Origin: a virus
Lineage: Duplodnaviria; Caudoviricetes
IMG/VR virus record: IMGVR_UViG_3300030397_000855
Span: 1 to 47,017 of that record
Length of the DNA: 47,017 nucleotides
Reading direction: 5' to 3' (one strand)
Position 1 is the stretch's first letter. Each line of letters opens with the position of its first letter. The notes below the pieces were generated by a model, which saw nothing but the letters and a program-made list of their open reading frames with translations, made no database searches and was not told where the DNA came from. The translations under genes were made by a program, and so were the position numbers. Of the stretch, positions 1-8,097 are shown one piece after another.

Positions 1-17
1 GTTTCCCAGTCACGATC
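1..17 (+). other. Random-amplification (SISPA / Round A-B) primer sequence, library artefact
   Basis: GTTTCCCAGTCACGATC is the widely used primer-B tag; its exact reverse complement closes the contig at 47001-47017. Confidence 0.95.
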
Positions 18-341
18 AGGTGGGGGTGGGACTACAAGGATTTGATGTCAGGGCTTTACGAGGAATCGAAGCCCGTGATAGTTGCAACCAGGTGGTTCTC
101 CGACATATATTACCCTGGCTGTATTTCCAAGGCTGTAAAAGTTTCTGGTGAAAAGAAGGGCCACCACGCCTATCTGCTTATCGGAAGGGAGCGTCAGAAG
201 AAGGGCAAGAAAAAGTGGATGCTCAGGTTCTTGAATTCATACGGAGCGGTCTACGGGGACTACGGTCAATTCTTCATTCCTGAGTCTGATTTCAAGGACT
301 TGTTTTCAATTAGTGCCCAGGCCGTGATAATTGATGTTTAA
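18..341 (+). CDS. 5'-truncated papain-like (peptidase C1 family) cysteine protease, C-terminal half
   Basis: The frame is open back to the primer. GHHAYLLIG...FLNSYGAVYGDYGQFFI matches the C1 pattern H-A-x-x-x-x-G ... N-S-W-G-x-x-W-G-x-x-G-Y-F (catalytic His and Asn); the catalytic Cys region lies outside the window. Confidence 0.75.
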   Translation, partial: RWGWDYKDLMSGLYEESKPVIVATRWFSDIYYPGCISKAVKVSGEKKGHHAYLLIGRERQKKGKKKWMLRFLNSYGAVYGDYGQFFIPESDFKDLFSISAQAVIIDV

Positions 342-348
342 ATTTTCT

Positions 349-377
349 TTGACAAGTTCAAGGAATTCGTGTAGATT
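349..377 (+). promoter_or_regulatory. Sigma70-type promoter
   Basis: TTGACA (349-354), 17-bp spacer, TAGATT (372-377); predicted start ~384. Confidence 0.75.
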
Positions 378-383
378 TTCAAC

Positions 384-548
384 ATGACTTCGGTCTATGC
401 AGCTAGGGTAGTCGGGTTAGGATTGCAAATTTGCGGTCGGCCAGCGCATTGTTGCTGGCAAGGGATTGGGAACTCTCGGTCGCCACGTCTCTCGAAACTG
501 CATTAGCCCTCCTTCGGATTAGCTTCAAACTTCTCTGGAGGAGGGCTA
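384..548 (+). ncRNA. Candidate structured RNA / leader
   Basis: 5' GAC-UUCG-GUC hairpin (386-395), closing helix 397-402/498-503, internal hairpins 421-438 and 440-459, then a 15-bp stem 504-518/534-548; G:U pairs favour the + strand. Confidence 0.5.
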
Positions 549-554
549 GACATT

Positions 555-728
555 ATGTTTGGATGGGTTCCTTGGATAATTGTAGGAGTGGCTTTTGTTT
601 TGATGCTGCTCTTCGTTGCGCTTATTCATTTAGCCATATTCATTAAATCAAAAGTTCAAGCCCTCATTTTAAAATGGAAAAAAACGAACTCCCAGAAAAT
701 CCGGTCGGATTCTTCGTCAATGTCATAG
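555..728 (+). CDS. Small single-pass membrane protein, 57 aa (absent from the ORF track)
   Basis: Own translation: MFGWVPWIIVGVAFVLMLLFVALIHLAIFIKSKVQALILKWKK..., a long hydrophobic helix followed by a basic stretch. Confidence 0.6.
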   Translation: MFGWVPWIIVGVAFVLMLLFVALIHLAIFIKSKVQALILKWKKTNSQKIRSDSSSMS

Positions 729-907
729 TCCGAGTCGTTGATGGAATCAGAAGCGAAAAGGCTTACGAAGTCACCACGCTCGAAAGGCAGTTCTTCTTCA
801 ACACCGACGTTAAGCGCGACGATATGGAGGCCGAGGCCCAGTCAATCGCGTTGCAAGTCGAGCAGGAGCTTCAAGGCCACGCCGCTTCAATAGAATATTT
901 CTCTTGA
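674..907 (+). CDS. Hypothetical protein
   Basis: 77-aa ORF with A/T-rich upstream region and globular composition. Confidence 0.65.
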   Translation: MEKNELPENPVGFFVNVIVRVVDGIRSEKAYEVTTLERQFFFNTDVKRDDMEAEAQSIALQVEQELQGHAASIEYFS

Positions 908-931
908 CATATTCTGCGGATTTGCTATATT
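904..931 (+). promoter_or_regulatory. Sigma70-type promoter, leaderless transcript
   Basis: TTGACA (904-909), 16 bp, TGc-TATATT (926-931); ATG at 938 is 7 nt downstream. Confidence 0.7.
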
Positions 932-937
932 TAGCGC

Positions 938-1336
938 ATGAATAAGACATTCTGCGCTTCTCTGTCTTTAGTTTCATGCTCCCTACTGGCTTTTTCTTCT
1001 TGCTCCTGGAGACTTTCCTCGAATGAAGACGGGTCATTCACTTTAGGGGGTGACGACGCGCTAATTCTTTTCGACGATGATGGAGTCACAGGCGGCGAGG
1101 TAACGCATGAATTCCCTTCACTTGGAAGCATCCTCTCAGTTGAGCTTGATGGAAAGAAGGGGATTAGCATCACGCTCAAACCCACTTCCGAAGAGGATGG
1201 TGTATTCGCTGGCGTTTCGTTCTCAACCTCCGATGAACTCCAATACGAATTTGAAACTGAAGAAGAGCGCGACAAAGCTTTTGCCGAATTGTTCAAGGGT
1301 AACAAAGAAGCTGGGCTCGGAATTGAGTTCAAATGA
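938..1336 (+). CDS. Putative lipoprotein / exported acidic protein
   Basis: N-terminal signal-like segment ending LLAFSSC; has its own promoter and terminator. Confidence 0.65.
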   Translation: MNKTFCASLSLVSCSLLAFSSCSWRLSSNEDGSFTLGGDDALILFDDDGVTGGEVTHEFPSLGSILSVELDGKKGISITLKPTSEEDGVFAGVSFSTSDELQYEFETEEERDKAFAELFKGNKEAGLGIEFK

Positions 1337-1376
1337 ATTTCTGATCGCCCGCTCACGCGGGGACAATGGGGGGAAC

Positions 1377-1418
1377 GGGTGCCCAGGTCGGCTTCTTGAC
1401 CTGGGCACTTCTCATTTT
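1377..1418 (+). terminator. Intrinsic terminator-like hairpin
   Basis: 15-bp stem GGGTGCCCAGGTCGG/TTGACCTGGGCACTT, loop CTTC, followed by CTCATTTT. Confidence 0.7.
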
Positions 1419-1736
1419 AAGACGCATTGCCGCTGTGAAGCCTGTCCATTCTCAGTTGATGGATTTCTATTTCTCCCTTACTGTGAAATAAGAGATTCTC
1501 TTCGACTAATATCTGAAGGGAAAGTATTTTATTCAAACTCAGAAGAGGGAGTTCCGTGCTCTAATGCAGCAATAATTTGCTTGGATTTACAGCTTCCACA
1601 GAGCGCAATTCTGAAATACTATGTGAAATCAGGGCTTTTAGACATTTCAAAGTCTGATTTGCCCGATTTTTTGGCCGCCGCGCCTTGTATCTCTCTTTTT
1701 TTTAATGCCTTGACCTAAAAAAAAGGACTTTCATTC

Positions 1737-1764
1737 TTGACTGATTTTTTCTTATTATTATAAT
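1737..1764 (+). promoter_or_regulatory. Sigma70-type promoter within an A/T-tract region
   Basis: TTGACT (1737-1742), 16 bp, TATAAT (1759-1764). Confidence 0.55.
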
Positions 1765-1863
1765 AAGTACTAAGAAGAAAATGATTCTTTTTCTTTTCTT
1801 TCTTTTTTACCGCCTTTTTCTTTGTTTTCTTTTTCTTGAAGAGTTGTCTGAAAATAGATTTAT

Positions 1864-2127
1864 ATGAAAAAAAATAAACGCAAAGCGTGGCCATTCCTTG
1901 CGGCAGCATTTCTGTCATTGAAGTCATGCGCGGGATCGTTCAGTGAACTGGGACACGGATACCCATACCCATACTATTACGGTTATTCGCCGAACGACGA
2001 GTTGCATTACATATTTGAGCAGCAGAGGAGAACTAGGGAGCTAATGATCCCGACTACGATTCGCGTCACGGGAAGAATATCCCACTCCTTTGACAATCAT
2101 GCTAGACCAGCGATCCCTGGGCTTTAG
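1864..2127 (+). CDS. Small secreted/lipoprotein-like protein with a Tyr-rich segment
   Basis: MKKNKRK + hydrophobic core + LKSC; GYPYPYYYGY. Confidence 0.6.
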   Translation: MKKNKRKAWPFLAAAFLSLKSCAGSFSELGHGYPYPYYYGYSPNDELHYIFEQQRRTRELMIPTTIRVTGRISHSFDNHARPAIPGL

Positions 2128-2128
2128 C

Positions 2129-2151
2129 AGTTTATGGTTCAACCATAAACT
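2129..2151. repeat. Palindromic element copy 1 (AGTTTATGGTT-C-AACCATAAACT)
   Basis: Perfect 11-bp arms; core shared with 4 other intergenic sites; lies at a convergent junction. Confidence 0.95.
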
Positions 2152-2168
2152 AGATCGAAAATAAATCA

Positions 2169-2196
2169 TTGACTGAATTCATCTCCGTGTTAGCTT
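2169..2196 (+). promoter_or_regulatory. Sigma70-type promoter firing antisense into the glycosyltransferase gene
   Basis: TTGACT (2169-2174), 16 bp, TGt-TAGCTT (2191-2196). Confidence 0.45.
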
Positions 2197-2271
2197 ATCG
2201 TAATCCGTGACACGCGGACGATTGGAGGTGATATTATGATAAGAAAAAATGATTCAGGAACTAAAATTCTG

Positions 2272-2952
2272 TTATCGGCAATTCTTATCACAGAATCGAT
2301 GAAGCACATGGCAATCCCTGGTAATACCGTTGAACGAGTTGGACAACGTGTAATACTTTATTGTGCATCCTACTAGTGCTCTCATCAAGGCACCTTGATC
2401 GTATTCCTGAAACCTCCCCACCTCGCTAAGCCAGCACGACATAAGCACGTCAGTGTTAATGCACCGCTTGCAGGCGAACATTCCAGATTGCAGTTGAAGC
2501 TCCTTGTAGCCGAATAGGCTTAGCGTGTAGTCTCTCTCCTCTTGAGTTACGTGCTTCAGCCATCTAGCACCCTGGTTGAGTGAAGGGCAAATCGCCATTT
2601 CCCATCCAGACTCAATAAGTCTGAAAATGCAGTCTATGCTTTTGAGCAAGATCGTGTCGCTGTCTAGGTAGATGAAGATGTTCTCTTCACAAATTCTGGG
2701 TATAGAGCACTTCGCCGCAATTGCTGCATTCTTAGGAGTGTGGTCTAGGCCATTCATCTCACAAAGTTCTTTTGTCGAAGCATTAAGAATCACATGCCTG
2801 TCGCATATTTTCTCTTTAATACTTGAGTCATGGCCAGTCAGGGTGTAGATTGTGCAGTCTTCTACAGACAATTTGTCTATAGAATTGACAAGTTCCAAGT
2901 TCAGCAGTTCGTATTCCCTACCGAATGCAATGCTGAAAAAAGCCAAACCCAT
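2272..2952 (-). CDS. GT-A fold glycosyltransferase (GT8-like / nucleotide-diphospho-sugar transferase)
   Basis: IYLDSDT (DxD), QSGMF, YDQGAL and a C-terminal VLH, in GT8-like order. Confidence 0.85.
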   Translation of the reverse strand: MGLAFFSIAFGREYELLNLELVNSIDKLSVEDCTIYTLTGHDSSIKEKICDRHVILNASTKELCEMNGLDHTPKNAAIAAKCSIPRICEENIFIYLDSDTILLKSIDCIFRLIESGWEMAICPSLNQGARWLKHVTQEERDYTLSLFGYKELQLQSGMFACKRCINTDVLMSCWLSEVGRFQEYDQGALMRALVGCTIKYYTLSNSFNGITRDCHVLHRFCDKNCR

Positions 2953-2965
2953 TGAATTACTATAA

Positions 2966-4837
2966 ATGAAAGACGCATCGGAGTTAAGTAGTTTTTTAGC
3001 TTCAAGCGCAGAATCTTTTTGCAGAGACCTATTCCCTGAAGGAAAGATCGTAAGAGGAAAGTTTCACATAGGAAGCGTTAGAGGCGAAGCTGGAAAGTCC
3101 CTGGATGTTACTTTGACAGGGCAATACGCAGGAAGATGGAGCGACAGAAATCCATCAAGCCCCGAAGAAGCAACCGGAGACCTTATAGACCTTTGGAGAC
3201 TGAATAAGGGCATTACTCTCAGAGAGGCAGTAAGAGATTTGAATTCGATTCATGGATTCAATCCGCTCCCTGCGCCCAAGAAGATTTTCAAGAAAAGCAA
3301 GAGGGCAAAGCCAGCAAGGGATTTCATACCGGTTTCTCACGGCGGGAACGTGTATAAATATCTTGCGGAACAAAGGAAGCTAGACCCTACGCTTTTCAAG
3401 GAATTGGTTCAGCAGACAATGAACGATGACGCCTATGTTTTCGTCTTTCTTTCTCAAGAAAAAAGGCACCTGATGACGAAATATTTTAAAGTCAAAAGGG
3501 GGCCTAATGGCGAGAAGGATTCATGGATGAGCGCGGGCACAACTCTGTCACTATTCGGAATGAATAGGGCTGACATGGAGTCTAACACGCTAGTTATTTG
3601 TGAGGGTGAAATAGATTGCATTACGCTGTGGATGTATGGCGTGAACGCGGTTTCTATACCTAACGGATTCAAGGTTGCAGAGTCATCTCAGACCGACTGG
3701 ATAGCTAATTGCTGGGACTTTTTGAGTTGCTTTAGGGATATTGTTATTTGCTTCGATAACGAGAGAGACCCAAGGAAGTCAGAAAGTGTAAGAAGCTCAA
3801 TTGAGAATGTGTGCAAAAGAGTTGGTGAATACAGGTGCAGAGTATGCTCATTGCCGCTAAAAGACCCAAATGAATGCCATCTAAATCAGATAGACCCCTC
3901 GGAGTATATCGCTAAGGCTGAGCCGGTATATAAATCTAGTGTTCTGACTCCAGTATCGCTGATAGAGCGGCTTGAGGAGTATTCAAAAGATGAATCAGCG
4001 AGCATTGGAGACCCATTCCTTCTGGGCGACATTATCAAGGTAAGGAAGCATGAACTCACGCTCTGGAGCGGGCACTCCCATTCAGGCAAGAGCGAAATTG
4101 TGAATCACCTAATGCTTCATCTCGCATTCAGGCATAACCACAAGGCGTTTATAGCGTCAATGGAGACGACTCCCGTTGAGATAATTGATAGGATGCAGAG
4201 GCAGGCAAAAGGCGGAGACTCTTCAATCTCACAAAGAGAGGCCCTTTCGTGCCTTGAAAACAGAATATTCATATACGATTGCTACGGTCAGGCGAATGTC
4301 AAAGACCTCCTAGAAAACATGAGGTATGTTTACGGAAGGTTTGGAGTCAGCCAGGTCGTCATAGATTCATTTGGAACTCTTGATGTCGAGGAGACGGATT
4401 ACGAGCGTCACAGGCAAGTTGTAATGAGTCTTTTTGAGTTTGCTAGGGACACGGGATGCCATGTGCATTTAGTGGCTCACTCAACGAAACCTGGCCCAGA
4501 TGGAATGAAGAGTCCGCCTGCGACAATTAAGGGCAGCGGAGACCTAGTGAATAGAGCGCATAACATCTACGTTGTTTTCAGGGAAGGCGGGAAAGACGCC
4601 GAGATAAGGCAGAAAGAGCAGGAAACTGGACAGCAGTTCAATAGAAGCACTAGGAGAAATGTTTTCAAGACTCAGGACGATAACAATCCTTGCGGAAGGG
4701 TTTATGTCAGGAAGAATAAAAAATGCGGCCATCAGCTTCCAATTATTCCATTTTATTTCGATAACGAGTCGCTTCAGTTTATGGAAGCTCCTCATTCACA
4801 GCCTATAAACTATGTCAGAGAAGAAGAGCCTTTTTAA
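2966..4837 (+). CDS. Bifunctional TOPRIM primase / SF4 helicase (T7 gp4 / Twinkle-like)
   Basis: TOPRIM ICEGEID and CFDNE; Walker A GHSHSGKS; SMET; Walker B VVIDS; HLVAH; IKGSG; acidic tail EEEPF. Confidence 0.93.
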   Translation: MKDASELSSFLASSAESFCRDLFPEGKIVRGKFHIGSVRGEAGKSLDVTLTGQYAGRWSDRNPSSPEEATGDLIDLWRLNKGITLREAVRDLNSIHGFNPLPAPKKIFKKSKRAKPARDFIPVSHGGNVYKYLAEQRKLDPTLFKELVQQTMNDDAYVFVFLSQEKRHLMTKYFKVKRGPNGEKDSWMSAGTTLSLFGMNRADMESNTLVICEGEIDCITLWMYGVNAVSIPNGFKVAESSQTDWIANCWDFLSCFRDIVICFDNERDPRKSESVRSSIENVCKRVGEYRCRVCSLPLKDPNECHLNQIDPSEYIAKAEPVYKSSVLTPVSLIERLEEYSKDESASIGDPFLLGDIIKVRKHELTLWSGHSHSGKSEIVNHLMLHLAFRHNHKAFIASMETTPVEIIDRMQRQAKGGDSSISQREALSCLENRIFIYDCYGQANVKDLLENMRYVYGRFGVSQVVIDSFGTLDVEETDYERHRQVVMSLFEFARDTGCHVHLVAHSTKPGPDGMKSPPATIKGSGDLVNRAHNIYVVFREGGKDAEIRQKEQETGQQFNRSTRRNVFKTQDDNNPCGRVYVRKNKKCGHQLPIIPFYFDNESLQFMEAPHSQPINYVREEEPF

Positions 4838-5300
4838 GACCGTGATTGTTTCTGATCAAGACGTTCAGAAATCAAGAACTCTTTGCAAGCAACTTTATGT
4901 CAAGGCTGCTCAAGATGGAGGACTGTCGAAATATTCAGGAATGGAAAGGTTCTACTTTACAGACCCTATATCTGAGCGTCTAATTAGGTCTTCAAGGGAG
5001 AGCGGAAAGTTCGGGGACTTGATATATTGCAGGGTTTCAATGAAGGGCTTCGGCGCACTATGTATGCCTCCAAGTCATTTGTTTTCATTCAATCTAAGAA
5101 GTGACATACTTGATTTGATAAGACACTTTCACGCAACTGGGCATTTTGAGCCTTCAAGTTTTAAGATTGCATTCAAGTGCGAGTTTAACGCATTCACAAA
5201 AAGTGAGAAAAGGTCGGAGACTATCTGCTTCTTGAGGAGCGTTTTTAAAAAGAGCGAGGGAATAAATTCATCTGAAATAGGAGATTGGGCATCTAAATAA
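4812..5300 (+). CDS. Hypothetical protein
   Basis: 162-aa ORF overlapping both neighbours. Confidence 0.65.
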   Translation: MSEKKSLFKTVIVSDQDVQKSRTLCKQLYVKAAQDGGLSKYSGMERFYFTDPISERLIRSSRESGKFGDLIYCRVSMKGFGALCMPPSHLFSFNLRSDILDLIRHFHATGHFEPSSFKIAFKCEFNAFTKSEKRSETICFLRSVFKKSEGINSSEIGDWASK

Positions 5301-5824
5301 TGGACACCATTTTCATAGGGGCAGACCCAGGAATAACCGGCTCAGTGGTTCTTGTTGAGCCCAGGGGGTGCAATGTGATTAGGGTTAATCCTATGCCTAT
5401 AAAAAAGACGCCTGCAAGAGATCAGAATGACGCCAAGAAGCCCAAGATGAAAAGGTATATCAACAGGGACGCATTAATCGAGATGTTCTCGGCTTACAAG
5501 CAGCTAGGAGCACAATCGTGTGTGATAGAGAGGGCGCACTCAATGCCGACAGACAGCCCAATCGCTGCATTTAGTTTCGGAATGAGATTCGAGTCCCTTT
5601 TAATGGCTTCAAGGTGTGTAGGGTTAAACTACTGCACTGTTGAGCCTAGCGTTTGGAGAAGGTTTCAAAAGTTCAAGGATAAGCAACTGGCAGTAGAGGT
5701 GGCGTGCTCAAATTACAAGGGGCTTGAGTCCATGCTTTCAGAAAGGAGGTTCAATAAAGTTCAGAGAATATCCATATGCGAATCAATCCTGATTGTTGAT
5801 TACAAGTGGAGAAGCAATTCTTAG
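5300..5824 (+). CDS. RuvC-like Holliday junction resolvase
   Basis: IGADPGITG, VIERAH, AFSFG, VEPSVWR and a C-terminal acidic helix ESILI. Confidence 0.85.
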   Translation: MDTIFIGADPGITGSVVLVEPRGCNVIRVNPMPIKKTPARDQNDAKKPKMKRYINRDALIEMFSAYKQLGAQSCVIERAHSMPTDSPIAAFSFGMRFESLLMASRCVGLNYCTVEPSVWRRFQKFKDKQLAVEVACSNYKGLESMLSERRFNKVQRISICESILIVDYKWRSNS

Positions 5825-5826
5825 CC

Positions 5827-5854
5827 TTGACACCTGATGAATATCGTATATTAT
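5827..5854 (+). promoter_or_regulatory. Sigma70-type promoter, leaderless transcript
   Basis: TTGACA (5827-5832), 16 bp, TATTAT (5849-5854); ATG at 5861 is 7 nt downstream. Confidence 0.65.
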
Positions 5855-5860
5855 GTTCGC

Positions 5861-6193
5861 ATGAAAATAGGAGAAGCAATAGATACGGCTATCAGGAACA
5901 AAAAGACAACCACATTCGGCGTTTTGCTTTTGGCGTGCGCGTTCGTTGATTCCAGCCCTGAGATGATGCTGAGAATCAGTGAATTGATTCCAAGCGCAAG
6001 GGAAATCATCGATTTGATGATGACAATTTGTGTCGCAATCGTAGCCTTCATGGCAAGGGACTCTGGCACAGGAAGCGACATTAGCGAAAAGGGCCTGGAG
6101 GTCGTCAGGGAAAACATAAGGGATCGGGAGATGCCAAAGACAGTTCCAATGCAGGAGCCGGATATTATTCTTCCTACTGATGCTGGAAGTTAA
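5861..6193 (+). CDS. Holin-like two-TM membrane protein
   Basis: NKKTTTFGVLLLACAF and LMMTICVAIVAFMARD hydrophobic segments with a charged C-terminus; start moved to 5861 because of the promoter position. Confidence 0.6.
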   Translation: MKIGEAIDTAIRNKKTTTFGVLLLACAFVDSSPEMMLRISELIPSAREIIDLMMTICVAIVAFMARDSGTGSDISEKGLEVVRENIRDREMPKTVPMQEPDIILPTDAGS

Positions 6194-6215
6194 TTTATGG
6201 TTCAACCATAAATTA
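6191..6215. repeat. Palindromic element copy 2 (TAATTTATGGTT-C-AACCATAAATTA)
   Basis: Perfect 12-bp arms; the outermost triplets are the stop codons of both convergent genes. Confidence 0.95.
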
Positions 6216-8069
6216 CCAGGGGGACTCAGAGTAAGACGATCCTGAAAGAGAGGGGTCAGAATATGGAGACCTTCTTCGCTTGCCCATTCCACGCCTCCTC
6301 TTCATTGCGTTCCTCACTACGGTGTTTATCTTGAGTGGATTTGCTGAAGGCGCAGGCTTTCCTGTAAGTTGAACTCCTTTAGCAAGGCATCCGTGAACAA
6401 AGAATACGATTGAGTCAGATGCGTCAGGAGACTTCATTCCGGTGCGCCTCCTCATCTCTTCTTTCGTTTCTACTGAAATCTTTCCTCCAGCAGCCTTTGG
6501 GTTGAATCTTCTCTGGTATAGCTCTGACGCAGCCTGAGATTCTACCGGAAACCCCTTGAATACACCAAACTGGATAGCAAGCCTTACTTCATAGAACATC
6601 TGAGTGATCTTTCTGTCATAAGCCTGCTTGCAAGTTCTGGTGTCTACAGATGAGACCTTTCTATCGTCTGGAGTCCCTTTTGCAGTGACTAGATTTATGG
6701 GCTCGCCTCCAAAAAGTGTTGATATGTGCTGAGCGAGTATTCCGCCGTCACCTGTTACATCAAGGAAAATTCCGTCCGGCATAATTCCCTTTGTTCTACA
6801 TATTCCTACAATTTTAGCAGCGAGCAGCTTTGCGTATTCTTGGCCTGGGACTATAGTGGGATTTATTTCTATTGGCTCTCCCTCCATAACAGCGACTTTT
6901 GTTCCAAGCGCGTCATCGCCAACTAGACCTATAGTCATGCAGCACTTGTCGCCTCCTTGAACTATTGCTGAATCTATTCCTGCTATTCTTGTGAACTTTC
7001 CAGTTCCCATAACAGGTATCTTATCTGCGCCGTATTGCTGAACAAATTGTTTTGACAGTATAGTGGATGACATGGATGCACTACTCCATTTTCCTCTTAC
7101 CATTCTGCTGTAGGCAAGAGTTTCGCTTCCTCCGCATTCCTCCTCTTGGGATATTCTCTTTGCTTCGTGCATTAGGTAGGGGAATGGAACATTTCCGTTA
7201 GGCGCGTCATAGTTTGGAGAAGAAAGCCCATCAAGCACGACGCAGACTCCTCCAGACTTTATTTTCCATTCGTTATCAGAATCTTGTATGGATTCCCAGC
7301 CTCCGACAGGTTGGCAAAAAATTCCATGAGGATCATCTCTGAATGCTGGGTTTCCAATTACGACTAGCTGGAAAAATGGATTAGCGTTCAGATTAGCTAC
7401 AATTTGACTATCAAGGACGTAATGCTCCATATTCGGAGCCTCGTCTATTACCCATATTACATGCTGGTTCTTTCTTCCGATTATTGTTCCAATCGCCGCT
7501 TTTCCATCTCTGCCAGCAGGTATGGGCACCACCTTTATTGAGTTTCTTGAGTCAGTTATTGATTGTTTTGGGTCTTTTTCTTCAAATGAAAGCGTCTTTT
7601 TGTTTCCGATTACATGGCCGAATTTAGTTCGAGAAGCTTCATGCAGGCTTTTTATTTCCCCCCACATTCTATCGTCAGCAGCTAGAGATGAAGTAGTGGA
7701 TACGAATATGGAAGTTGACTCAGGAAAAGCCATTCCGAATATTATACAATATGTTGAAACCGAGAAGCTTTTGCATGAATTCGCGCACCCAGCAAGACCG
7801 ACTCTTTTGTTCGAGCAAAGAGCCTTCCATATTCTTGTCATGTAAGTATTTTCTACCCCATCCTTGTAAACTTCGACCTTATCCCCCCATATCATTCTTG
7901 ATATGTTGATCATGTGATCAAATCTGCTCAGCAGCCTGGCAGGCGAGCCGTCCGAGTTATTTAAACTTCTTAATGGCCTCCCATTTGCTCTAAATCCAAT
8001 CAATTCGATTTCTAATTCGTTGAGATCGTGGTCTTGAAGATCAATGTCGTATGAATTAATAATTGACAT
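6213..8069 (-). CDS. terL: Terminase large subunit
   Basis: Walker A-like GCANSCKS, Walker B VIDEA, GNP coupling motif, nuclease AGIDSA..GGDKC, LDVTGDGG, KSPDASDS. Confidence 0.9.
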   Translation of the reverse strand: MSIINSYDIDLQDHDLNELEIELIGFRANGRPLRSLNNSDGSPARLLSRFDHMINISRMIWGDKVEVYKDGVENTYMTRIWKALCSNKRVGLAGCANSCKSFSVSTYCIIFGMAFPESTSIFVSTTSSLAADDRMWGEIKSLHEASRTKFGHVIGNKKTLSFEEKDPKQSITDSRNSIKVVPIPAGRDGKAAIGTIIGRKNQHVIWVIDEAPNMEHYVLDSQIVANLNANPFFQLVVIGNPAFRDDPHGIFCQPVGGWESIQDSDNEWKIKSGGVCVVLDGLSSPNYDAPNGNVPFPYLMHEAKRISQEEECGGSETLAYSRMVRGKWSSASMSSTILSKQFVQQYGADKIPVMGTGKFTRIAGIDSAIVQGGDKCCMTIGLVGDDALGTKVAVMEGEPIEINPTIVPGQEYAKLLAAKIVGICRTKGIMPDGIFLDVTGDGGILAQHISTLFGGEPINLVTAKGTPDDRKVSSVDTRTCKQAYDRKITQMFYEVRLAIQFGVFKGFPVESQAASELYQRRFNPKAAGGKISVETKEEMRRRTGMKSPDASDSIVFFVHGCLAKGVQLTGKPAPSANPLKINTVVRNAMKRRRGMGKRRRSPYSDPSLSGSSYSESPW

Positions 8070-8097
8070 AATTGAGCTTTTGGATCAGTTGTTTATT

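Noticed and set aside
17-30. G-rich similarity between the left end (CAGGTGGGGGTGGG) and the reverse complement of the right end (CAGGTAGGGGGTGTGG)
   Set aside because: It lies in or next to the random N-mer of the primer; priming bias explains it and the match is imperfect
431-646. 71-aa ORF in the track
   Set aside because: TTG start inside the structured RNA; the 555-728 frame gives a far more protein-like product
1107-1718. 203-aa ORF
   Set aside because: It overlaps the 938-1336 gene, runs through a strong terminator and has no motif; only the 3' part could be a remnant
1715-1927. Lys-rich minus-strand ORF
   Set aside because: A by-product of the T-tracts, not credible coding sequence
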